DNA of 58,340 nucleotides from Clostridia bacterium. Lineage in GTDB: Bacteria; Bacillota; Clostridia; Oscillospirales; Acutalibacteraceae. Shown here piece by piece: positions 8,355 through 17,000 of the stretch. The DNA lies in the NCBI GenBank assembly GCA_030525185.1, contig JAUNFH010000001.1, forward strand, positions 1-58,340, read 5' to 3'. The position numbers and the translations under genes are program-made. The notes below the pieces were generated by a model that saw only the letters and a program-made list of their open reading frames with translations, was not told the origin of the DNA and ran no database searches. Position 1 is the first letter of the stretch; every line of letters begins with the position of its first letter.

Positions 8355-10127
8355 TCAGCCGAGCTTTGCTTCAATTACCGAGCCGCTTTCGCCCTTCGTG
8401 TAAGTGAACGAAACACTGTCGCCGACGTTGAGAATCACAACGGCTTCGTTTGAAGAAGCTGAAACTTTGTAATAGCTCTTTCCCTTTTCAAGCTTAATGA
8501 AGTAATAGCTTTCACCACCCATAACGGCAGTCCTGATTTCGGAAACTACACCCTTGACGGTGACCGTTTCGGCTTCGGTTTGATCTTTTCCGGTCTGCGA
8601 ATTGTCGGTGTCGTTTTTGATGTCGTCAATGTCAACTTTGATGTTTATATTGCTCTGAGCAAGAAGCTTGACGTAATTTTCGGTGCATTCTGCAATCGTC
8701 TTTCCGGTTGCAACAACCTGATAGTTCTGAACGTTAACCATTGCGTAATGCTTGACGAGGTTTGCGTCGTCTTTGAGCGACATGAAATATGTCGGCTGGC
8801 CGCTGATGTTAAGAAGGATCGGGAAGGTTGCGGTCCATTTGTAGTTTTGAACCTGACCTTCGGCGGAGCTCATTGCCGAGTATTCCTTTGCGCCGGAAAC
8901 CTCATAGAAGTTTGATTCCTTTGTTCTCATGTTGACGAGAACAAAGCCGATGATTGCCTGGTCGTTACTTACGGAAGTCACTCCGGTATACATATAAACG
9001 TCGTCGTTGAGAGCGAGGAAGTTCGAGCCTTCGGTTGCAACTCTCACACCTTCCTGACCGATGATCGAGTTGATGAAACCGCCCGAATATTTTCCGTAAT
9101 AATTATACTGTTCAACAAGAAGGTCGTTTGAATAAATTCCGTCAATCCACTGGAACTCCTTGTCGTTCTTGATTGTTTCGAGCGAGTATTCGTTGCATTC
9201 GCCCGTGATTGCGTTGACGATTACAACGCCCTTGACGTCGGTACCGCCGAAAAGACCGATTGTCTTGTCGAGTACCGGGCAAAGCCAGAACGGACGGCCT
9301 TCTTCGTCGATTTCAAAGTGAGGCTCGTCAAAAATATAAGTCGGATAAGCAAAACGAACGTGTCTCATGAGATACTTTGAAAAATGCTCTTCCGTTGAAT
9401 ATCTGATATAATTTCCCTCTTTGAGCATTACAAATTCCGTCTTCTGAGTAACCATGTTGACGATGATATAGCCGGGCATACCTTCCTTTGTGTTTTTGAA
9501 CCACTTGAAGATATCGCCGTAAGCAAGCGTTCCGACGCGGACGGGAGAATTCTTATAGTTAATCTGAGTGAACTGCGAAGCAACCTCAAACTGCGATTCC
9601 TTGTTGATTGAAGCAAGGTCGCCGAGGGTACGGGTTGCAAGTGCGGCGGAAGCGGCGGTGTCAAGAACGGGAACGGACTTGAAGTCTGCCTGCTTTATGT
9701 CACTCGAAAAAGTTTTGTCCTCCGAAACGGAAATGATTTTGCTGTATGACGAAGCGCGGAAAACCACAGACGAAAAAAGCATTCCGACTCCGACAACAAC
9801 GGCAAGAACGCCGATTATTATTCCGGGAACAACCGACTGCTTTTTGACATACTTCGTATATTCCGGCTTTAAAATCACACCGGAAAGAAGAACCTGAAGC
9901 GCAAGATAAATCACGGCAACGATTCCGACGAAGAAATAAAGTTCGGTGCTTTTAAAATTGAGCGCGGGAAGCATAAAATAATACGCAATCGCCGCACCGA
10001 TAATTGTTCCGACAATTGAAATTGCGGTTTTGAGTCCGGCTTTTGAAGGTGAAAGATAAGCGTCTTTTCCGCTTCCCTTTCCTTTTCCGCCGTTTCCGCC
10101 GGTAAAGTCAACCTTAATAGGTTCCAT
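8355..10127 (-). CDS. Hypothetical polytopic membrane protein with a large extracytoplasmic domain
   Basis: RBS AAGGAG. A Gly/Lys-rich N-terminus is followed by three TM segments (AISIVGTIIGAAIAYYFMLPAL, LYFFVGIVAVIYLALQVLLSGVI, VPGIIIGVLAVVVGVGMLFSSVVF). A ~450-aa soluble region follows. No family is confidently recognised. Confidence 0.6.
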   Translation of the reverse strand: MEPIKVDFTGGNGGKGKGSGKDAYLSPSKAGLKTAISIVGTIIGAAIAYYFMLPALNFKSTELYFFVGIVAVIYLALQVLLSGVILKPEYTKYVKKQSVVPGIIIGVLAVVVGVGMLFSSVVFRASSYSKIISVSEDKTFSSDIKQADFKSVPVLDTAASAALATRTLGDLASINKESQFEVASQFTQINYKNSPVRVGTLAYGDIFKWFKNTKEGMPGYIIVNMVTQKTEFVMLKEGNYIRYSTEEHFSKYLMRHVRFAYPTYIFDEPHFEIDEEGRPFWLCPVLDKTIGLFGGTDVKGVVIVNAITGECNEYSLETIKNDKEFQWIDGIYSNDLLVEQYNYYGKYSGGFINSIIGQEGVRVATEGSNFLALNDDVYMYTGVTSVSNDQAIIGFVLVNMRTKESNFYEVSGAKEYSAMSSAEGQVQNYKWTATFPILLNISGQPTYFMSLKDDANLVKHYAMVNVQNYQVVATGKTIAECTENYVKLLAQSNINIKVDIDDIKNDTDNSQTGKDQTEAETVTVKGVVSEIRTAVMGGESYYFIKLEKGKSYYKVSASSNEAVVILNVGDSVSFTYTKGESGSVIEAKLG

Positions 10128-10178
10128 TTCTACAACTCCTTAATGTTTGAAGCCGAAGCTTCAAAAGATAGTATTCCC

Positions 10179-10207
10179 ATTATACATATATGCAAAGAAA
10201 AAAGCAA
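10179..10207 (-). promoter_or_regulatory. Sigma-A-type promoter for the 8355..10127 gene
   Basis: On the minus strand: TTGCTT (10207-10202), a 17-nt spacer, then TATAAT (10184-10179). The 5' UTR carries a UUCG-tetraloop hairpin, TTTGAAGC-ttcg-GCTTCAAA (10146-10165). Confidence 0.55.
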
Positions 10208-10294
10208 TAAATTTTTTGTGAATCGGCAGTTAATAAACAAATGCGGAAAAATCAGTCCGTTCCTCACGGTGAATTTTTCTTTTCCGAAAGCAAT

Positions 10295-10330
10295 AAAAAA
10301 GCGGCCGGCGCTTTCGTGCCGGCCGCTTTT
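10295..10330 (-). terminator. Rho-independent terminator of the 35-aa small gene
   Basis: On the minus strand: GCGGCCGGC-acgaaagc-GCCGGCCGC followed by TTTTTTATT, starting ~10 nt after the small-ORF stop codon. Confidence 0.8.
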
Positions 10331-10340
10331 GTTCACGAAA

Positions 10341-10448
10341 TTATTCTTCGTCGCTCTTTACGAATGACTTGATGAAATCATAGATATAACCGAGGATTGA
10401 AGAAACGAAATTGAAAATTTCGGTGAGCTTTGCCGAAAGGTTATCCAT
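10341..10448 (-). CDS. Unannotated small ORF encoding a 35-aa amphipathic aromatic peptide
   Basis: Below the ORF-track size cut-off. ATG (10448-10446) lies 7 nt after AGAGGTG. Translation: MDNLSAKLTEIFNFVSSILGYIYDFIKSFVKSDEE, with stop TAA at 10343-10341. It has its own promoter (10526-10554) and a strong terminator. Confidence 0.6.
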   Translation of the reverse strand: MDNLSAKLTEIFNFVSSILGYIYDFIKSFVKSDEE

Positions 10449-10525
10449 TGTTTTGCACCTCTTTTCCGATAAAAATAAAACTAAAATTGAACCCTCTCAA
10501 AACCGTCGGATTCAAGTTCACGAAT

Positions 10526-10554
10526 ATTTTACCATTTTTCAAAAGCGGTGTCAA
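10526..10554 (-). promoter_or_regulatory. Near-consensus extended -10 promoter of the small ORF
   Basis: On the minus strand: TTGACA (10554-10549), a 17-nt spacer, then TGgTAAAAT (-10 at 10531-10526). Confidence 0.6.
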
Positions 10555-10602
10555 TCGCAGAAAAATAAGAGTTTCAAAATTTTTCTTCTTTTTCCTCACA
10601 GT

Positions 10603-10635
10603 ATGACATTTTTCTTTTCGGTCTCTTTCTATAAT
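10603..10635 (+). promoter_or_regulatory. Candidate spoIIE promoter with a 21-nt spacer
   Basis: ATGACA (10603-10608), a 21-nt spacer, then TATAAT (10630-10635), 42 nt upstream of the spoIIE ATG. Confidence 0.4.
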
Positions 10636-10677
10636 GACTTATCGGATAACAATTTTTTTGCGAAAGGACAAGCCTTT

Positions 10678-12987
10678 ATGAAAACCGAAGAAAGATTGAA
10701 TGAAGAAAAAAAGCTCACTGATTTTTTGTTTGACGAAGAAAGAGAATTTTCGCCGTGGCTTTGCCAACTCTGCGCCGCCGCAGTTTCGTTTTTACTTTCC
10801 CAACTCAACTGCCTCGGCTCGCTTTCGCCGTTCTGCGTTTCGTTTTGCGCCGGAACGGATTACGGCTACGTTGCCTGTGCTCTCATCGGCGGAGTTTCGG
10901 GATATTTTCTCGCCTTCGATTGGAAAACCGCCCTGCGATACAGCGCGGCGTTGCTTTTTTGCGCCGTTGTCCGCTTTTTAATCGAAAAAAAGTTTCCGTT
11001 CCTTCTCAAAAGCTTCACTCTTCCGCTCGTCGGCTTTTTGTCATGCCTTCTTCCGGCTGCGGTTTTTTCCGCCTTCGGCGATGAAAAGCTCGTTCTCCTG
11101 CTTTTCGGTTTTTGCGAAGCGGTGATTGCTTTTTGCTCCGTCTGCCTTTTTGAAAGGAGCGAACGCACGCAAATTTTAAGAACCGGAATTGCAAACCTCT
11201 CCGTTCAGGATATTGCCGGGGTCGGCCTTTGCCTTTGCATTCTTCTCCTCTGCGCTTCCGGGCTTTCTCTCGGGCCGATTGTCCCGGCGCGGATTTTTGC
11301 CGTTCTTGTCGTTCTTTTCGCCGCGCATTACAAAGGCCCTGCGGTTGCAAGCCTTTTCGGAGTCTGCGCCGCTTTTTCGCTTTCCGTTTCGGCTCAAACA
11401 AAATTTTTGTTTCCGGTCTTTTCACTCGGTGCGCTTTGCGCCGGAGTTTTTTCTCCGCTCGGTCAGCTTGCGGCTTCGATTGCCTTTTCGGTCAGTGCGG
11501 CCGCGCTTTCATTTCTGAACGGCTTTTCGGAAAATGTTTTTTGGGCGCTTCTTGAAATCTGCGCCGGAGCGGCGATTTTTGCCGTTATCCCTTCAAAAAA
11601 GATTTTTGCCCTTCATGCCGAACTTGAAAAAGGGCTTCTTTCTTCCGACGATCAGCTCAACCGCCGGGTTTGCGCCTCGCTTAAGCGTGCGGCGGAAACG
11701 GTAAACGAAGTTTCAAGCATCGTCACAAACGTCAGCGCACGGCTTGACAACGTAATCAATCCCGAAATCAACCGCATTTTTGCAAAACTTCAGCAAAACA
11801 TTTGCTTCGGCTGTTCCTTCAAAAATGAATGCTGGAGCGAAAAGTTCAACGAAACCTCTGCCGACGTTCTCACTCTCACCGGCCTTCGGGACAAAGAAAA
11901 GGAGCGCACCGAGCTTGAAAAGCGTTGTCCGAGAGCAAACGCCCTCGTTTCGCAGATAAGCTCATGCTACAGCGACTTTGCAACCGGACTCGCTTCAAAA
12001 ATGAAAGTCAAGGAAATGCGTTCGCTCGTCAGCGACCAATTTTCGTCAATCGCCCAGTTCCTTTCGGAGTTTGCCGTCCAGATGTCAAACAGCCGTGTTG
12101 TTGACAACACCCGCTCAAGAGCGCTCAAGACCGCACTTTCCGACGCAGACATTTTTGTTGACTGCGTGAACTACTTCACGAATCCGAACGGAAGAATCAC
12201 GATTGAAGTCAATGTTCTTGAAAACGCATTCGAGCTGAACCTCAAGCGGATGAAAACAATTTTTGAAGCTTCGACAAAACGTACCTTTGAAAAACCGGAA
12301 ATTGCGATTATGGAGCTTCGTTCGGTGATTACTTTTGAGGAAAAAGCCGTCTATAAAGTTCTTTTCGGTTCATGTCAGATTCCGTTCGGGAACAACACGG
12401 TCTGCGGAGACAGCATTGCAAAACTTCGGGACATGAACGGAAACGAAATTGCCCTCATAAGCGACGGAATGGGAACCGGTTCCCGTGCCGCCGTTGACGG
12501 AACAATGACCGCAACGCTGATGGAAAAACTTCTCTCCTGCTCCTTTTCTTTTGAAAGCGCGCTGAAAACGGTGAACTGCGCCCTGATGGTGAAATCAACC
12601 GACGAATCAATCGCAACGGTTGACGGAATCAGCGTCAACGTTTACTCCGGAGAAACCGTCTTTTACAAAGCCGGAGCCGCCGTTTCGTTCATCCGCCGCG
12701 GGAAGGAAATTGCCGCAATCGAAGAGCAGTCGCTTCCGATCGGAATCATCCGTGACGTCTGCTTCGCGCAAAAGGCAACAAAACTTGAAACCGAAGACAT
12801 TGTTCTTCTTTTATCCGACGGGGCAACCTTCGGCGACTGCGGCTGGATAAACGACGAGCTTTTGGCTTGGAGCACGAACAACATGGACGATCTTGCGTCC
12901 CATATCGCTTCGCTTGCAAGGCTGAGAAGTTCAAAGGAAAACGAGGACGACATTACGGTTGTTGCGCTCAAGGTCATTGAAAACTGA
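10678..12987 (+). CDS. spoIIE: Stage II sporulation protein E (membrane PP2C phosphatase)
   Basis: ORF 10411..12987, with the start moved to ATG 10678 (MKTEERLNEEKK); the upstream extension overlaps the small gene and both promoters. About 10 TM helices are followed by a central regulatory region. The C-terminal PP2C/SpoIIE domain shows GDSIAKLRDMNGNEIALISDGMGTGSRAAVDG...LLSDG...DDITVVALKV. Confidence 0.85.
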   Translation: MKTEERLNEEKKLTDFLFDEEREFSPWLCQLCAAAVSFLLSQLNCLGSLSPFCVSFCAGTDYGYVACALIGGVSGYFLAFDWKTALRYSAALLFCAVVRFLIEKKFPFLLKSFTLPLVGFLSCLLPAAVFSAFGDEKLVLLLFGFCEAVIAFCSVCLFERSERTQILRTGIANLSVQDIAGVGLCLCILLLCASGLSLGPIVPARIFAVLVVLFAAHYKGPAVASLFGVCAAFSLSVSAQTKFLFPVFSLGALCAGVFSPLGQLAASIAFSVSAAALSFLNGFSENVFWALLEICAGAAIFAVIPSKKIFALHAELEKGLLSSDDQLNRRVCASLKRAAETVNEVSSIVTNVSARLDNVINPEINRIFAKLQQNICFGCSFKNECWSEKFNETSADVLTLTGLRDKEKERTELEKRCPRANALVSQISSCYSDFATGLASKMKVKEMRSLVSDQFSSIAQFLSEFAVQMSNSRVVDNTRSRALKTALSDADIFVDCVNYFTNPNGRITIEVNVLENAFELNLKRMKTIFEASTKRTFEKPEIAIMELRSVITFEEKAVYKVLFGSCQIPFGNNTVCGDSIAKLRDMNGNEIALISDGMGTGSRAAVDGTMTATLMEKLLSCSFSFESALKTVNCALMVKSTDESIATVDGISVNVYSGETVFYKAGAAVSFIRRGKEIAAIEEQSLPIGIIRDVCFAQKATKLETEDIVLLLSDGATFGDCGWINDELLAWSTNNMDDLASHIASLARLRSSKENEDDITVVALKVIEN

Positions 12988-13060
12988 AGGCAAAAATTCA
13001 AAGAAAGTTTCTGATTTTTTTGCAAAATCGGAACAATTAATTACAATTGTTTTACTTTTA

Positions 13061-13089
13061 TTTACAAACAAAACTATAAGTTGTATATT
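13061..13089 (+). promoter_or_regulatory. Sigma-A-type promoter
   Basis: TTTACA (13061-13066), a 17-nt spacer, then TATATT (13084-13089). It is immediately followed by a perfect 12-bp inverted repeat (13092-13125). Confidence 0.5.
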
Positions 13090-13193
13090 ACCAAGGTGAC
13101 ACCTTTCAAAAAAGGTGTCACCTTGACTGTTTATGAAAGGAAAACATCAAAAACTTTTTTCGGAAAAGCTTTTTGTGTTCAAGGGTGTTGAAT

Positions 13194-13988
13194 ATGAAAT
13201 TTCTTAAAGAACGGGTTAAAATGGTCTGGAACGGAATTTTTGAAGAGATGACCGTTTTTGAGTACATTCTTTGGTGGGTCGTCCGCATTCTCATGATTTA
13301 TGCCGTAATCATGCACACCGATCACAGGGAAAAGGTTCTTTGCGCCGTAAATTCTCTTGCGCTTTTTGCAATTCCGGCTCTTCGTTTTATTGCGCCGAAA
13401 AAAAGTCTCATCGGAAATTTGCCGTACCGCTGTCAACACGTCATCAATCTCATGGAATTTTGCGGTTCCTTCCTCGGAAACTATATTTTCCTTTACGGTG
13501 TTATTCCGAAATATGACCGCGTTCTCCACGCCGTTTCCGGCCCCGCCGCCGTTGTTGCGGGATACTTCGTCTACAAAGCGATCCTCAAAAAGGAAGGCCG
13601 TGAAAAAGACATTTCTCCGCTCATGGGTACTTTCTGCGGAATGGGCTTTTCGTTCATGATCATTCCCCTTTGGGAAATTACCGAATTTTTCGGCGACTTC
13701 TTCTGGGGAACGGCCAACCAGAGTTATTGGTACGCTCCGGCGGACGACGACATTTTTTACAAAATTTTCGGCCACGGTGCAGTAACCGACGGCGGACAGC
13801 TTCCGCTTTGGGACACAATGATGGATATGATTGACGCAAGCGTAACAACGCTCGTCTTTTCGATTATTTTCTATTTTATCCTTCGCGCAATCGTTAAAAG
13901 GAGCGCAAAAAAAGTTTCCTCAACCGTAACACAGGAAACAAAAACCGAAGCCGAGGACGAAAAGAAAGAGGTCTGCGAGGCTAAATAA
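13194..13988 (+). CDS. Hypothetical integral membrane protein
   Basis: ORF 13173..13988, with start ATG 13194 seven nt after AAGGGTG. There are ~6 hydrophobic segments (ILWWVVRILMIYAVIM, LALFAIPALRFIA, FCGSFLGNYIFLYGVI, AVSGPAAVVAGYFVY, FCGMGFSFMIIPLWEI, VTTLVFSIIFYFILRAI) and an acidic C-terminus. No family is recognised. Confidence 0.6.
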   Translation: MKFLKERVKMVWNGIFEEMTVFEYILWWVVRILMIYAVIMHTDHREKVLCAVNSLALFAIPALRFIAPKKSLIGNLPYRCQHVINLMEFCGSFLGNYIFLYGVIPKYDRVLHAVSGPAAVVAGYFVYKAILKKEGREKDISPLMGTFCGMGFSFMIIPLWEITEFFGDFFWGTANQSYWYAPADDDIFYKIFGHGAVTDGGQLPLWDTMMDMIDASVTTLVFSIIFYFILRAIVKRSAKKVSSTVTQETKTEAEDEKKEVCEAK

Positions 13989-14005
13989 AAAGCGATAATA
14001 ATAAA

Positions 14006-14056
14006 CGGAACACCCGACCGATGAAAATTCACCGGTCGGGTGTTCGTTTTGTTTTG
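14006..14056. terminator. Bidirectional rho-independent terminator
   Basis: CGGAACACCCGACCG-atgaaaattcac-CGGTCGGGTGTTCG followed by TTTTGTTTT, between convergent genes. Confidence 0.8.
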
Positions 14057-14069
14057 TGGGGTGAGTATA

Positions 14070-17000
14070 TTAATAGTGTTTTACACCGCATTCGCAGTAC
14101 TGATGGATTCTGAACAGTTTCCAGAAGAAACGTGTAATCTTATAAATGAAACCTGAAAATCCTCCTTTATGACAGGCGCATGAGCAGCCTTCGGAAGGAT
14201 TAAGAGAAACTCCGCAGTTATCGCATTTTCCGTCGCCATTTTTATCTGCGTGTCCGGTTGCAGGAACGGTTTCTCTTGCAACGAAGATTGTTCCGCAAGT
14301 TCCGCAGTGTTTACCTTCGGTGAGACCTGTTGCTTTGCAGGTGGCTTCAACAGCTTTATCAATAACAACGGTGTGCTCCTTCATCGGAACAGTGTCCTGC
14401 TTAACAATTACCGCTTTGCAGTCCTCGCAGTGTTTGCCTTCGGTAAGACCGGTTTTCGTGCAGGTTGCTTCGACAGCCTTGTCAACAACAATGTTTGTGT
14501 GATTGTTCGGATCAATCGGAATTTCTTTCTGCTCAACGAGAATCGTATCGCAAGCCACACAAATGCTGCAAGCGGTATAGCCTACTTCTGTGCAGGTTGC
14601 CGGCTGGGCTTCAATTTCTTCAATATCGGTATGGTTGTTCGGATTGATTGCGGTTACTTCCTGCTTAACAATAACCGTGTTGCAAACCGAGCAGTGTTTA
14701 CCTTCGGTGAGACCGGTCTTTGTGCAGGTTGCGGCAACGGCTTTGTCAACAACAACGGTGTGATCGGCTTTGGGTGTTGCTTCCTGTTTAACAATTACCG
14801 TGTTGCAAACCGAGCAGTGTTTGCCTTCGGTGAGGCCGGTCTTTGTGCAGGTTGCGGCAACAGCCTTGTCAATAACAACGGTGTGATCCGCTTTGGGAAC
14901 AACCTTTTGCTCAACCTTGTAATCGCAACGTGTGCAGTATTCGCCGGCGGTGAGACCGGTTTCAAGGCAGGTTGCGCTTTTTGCCGAAAGTTTTACAATG
15001 TTATGTCCGAGAGCCGGGATCGTTTCGGTATAGCTTTCGGTGCAGTCTTCGCCGGTGCAGGTATAAGTGCGAACGCCGGCTTCAAGGCAGGTCGGTTCTT
15101 TTGTGACGACGGAGGTATAGGTATGTTCATGGTCGCCGAGAAGAACAAACTTGCGGTTATATTTTTCGGCATAGCTTTGAGCCGATGAGTTTGCGTAACC
15201 GTAGATTGTTGCGTTTTTATAAATAGTAAGTTCATGATTATAAATAACGCAATCCGGATTATAAAAAGCAATTTTTTCAAGCTGACTGCAACTACCAAAA
15301 GTACTATAACCCACTGCCGTAACACTTGAGGGAATATTAACGCTTCTGAGACCGCTGTTATTGAATGCAGACCCTTCAATCGACGTTACACTTGACGGAA
15401 TGTTAATTGAGGCAAGACCGGAGCAACCGGAAAAAGCACTGTATCCGATTTTTGTTACAGTATCCGGAATTTCAACGGATTTAAGTCCCTTACAGCCGGA
15501 AAACGTACTATCGTTAATAACCGTAACGCCGCTCGGAATTATAACTTCGGTCAAACCGACGCATCCGCTGAATACATAGTTTCCGATTTCAACAACGGAA
15601 GCCGGAAGATCGATTTCCTGAAGTCCGGAACACCTACCAAAAGCAGATGCTTCCAAAGTTGTTACGGTATTCGGAATTGTTACCGATTTAAGACCGGTAC
15701 AGCCGTAAAAAGCATTGCTTCCGATTGTTGCAACACCTTCGGGTATATCAATTGTTTCAATTCCGACGCAGCCGTTAAAACAAGAATTGCTGATTGCGGT
15801 CAAGTTGTTTGAAAGCTTAACGGTTTTAAGACCCGTGCAACCGAAAAATGCACTTTCTCCGATTGTTACAACGCTTTCGGGAACGCTGAGATTAACAACA
15901 GCCTTGCAGCCGTTGAAAGCAGAAATTCCGATAACATTTAATCCTTCGGAAAGTGTTACGGTTTTAAGTGTGGTACAATTGATAAAAGCCTCTTCTCCGA
16001 TTTCAACAACGCTTTCGGGAATTGACATTGCGGTCAAAGCGGGACAATCCTTAAAAGCTTGCTTTCCAATTGAAACAAGTTCGCTTGAAAGTTTAGCCGA
16101 AGCAAGGCTTGTGCAGCCACTGAATGCTGAACTTCCAACAGCAGTAATGCTATCCGGAAGAACAATGCGAAGAAGGCCTGTGCAGCCGTAAAAAGCAGAT
16201 TCCTTTACCGAAGTGAGAGATTCCGAAAGTTTTGCCGTTTTAAGTGATGTGCAGTTTTGAAAAGCACGAGTTCCGACACTCGAAACACTGTCCGGAAGCG
16301 AGACAGCGGCAAGACTTTTACAACCGGAAAAAGCATTGTTTCCGATAGTTGCAAGCGTTGACGGGAATTTTACGCTTGCAAGAGATGTACAACCTGAAAA
16401 AGCGTTGTCTTCAATGTTGACAAGTCCTTCGGGAAAAGTAAGGGACACAAGACCCGTACATCCCGAAAAAGCATAACTTCCGATAGTTGTGAGCGATTCG
16501 GGAAATTTTACACTTGTTAAGCCTGTGCAGTTATAAAAAGCCATATACCCAATTGAAGCAAGATTGCTCGGAAGTATGAGTGATGAAAGGCCCTTACATC
16601 CACAAAAAGCATAGTTTGAAATTTTAACAAGCGACTGCGGAAAATTAAGCGACGCAAGAGTATAACAGCCGTTAAAAGCATCTGCTCCGATTGTAATCAG
16701 ATTTTCCGGAAAAGTTACGCTTGTCAAAGCAGAACAACCGAAAAACATTTTTTCACTTACTAATGTGAGATTCTTAGGCAAAACAGCCCTTGAAAGGGAT
16801 GTACAACCTCTAAAAGCCTCAGTTCCAATATCGTTTACGCTGTCCGGAATAACAACCGAGCTGATGGTAGTGTTATTCTTAAAAACGCTTGTTGAACCGG
16901 AAATTGCCGTTACCGGATATCCGCCGAGGGTTGACGGAATTTCAACTGCGCCGTAAACGACCGACTTGTCAATGCCGGTGATTTTTGCGCTCGTTCCGTT

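Noticed and set aside
10411-10677. N-terminal 89-aa extension of the spoIIE ORF
   Set aside because: The extension starts at a non-ATG codon. It overlaps the convergently oriented 35-aa gene and both promoters, and it has no TM or SpoIIE-like sequence. The ATG at 10678 gives the typical SpoIIE N-terminus.
13179-13775. 198-aa ORF antisense to the membrane-protein gene. Similar antisense ORFs occur at 22845..23411, 33655..34281, 35606..36250, 36763..37434 and 43838..44500.
   Set aside because: All lie opposite genes with strong family motifs, lack an RBS, and have skewed compositions. I treat them as non-coding.
14250-15188. 312-aa plus-strand ORF antisense to the Cys-repeat region of the LRR gene
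   Set aside because: Its repetitive G/N/F/C-rich translation simply mirrors the tandem repeats of the sense gene. The sense strand has a signal peptide, an RBS and a terminator.
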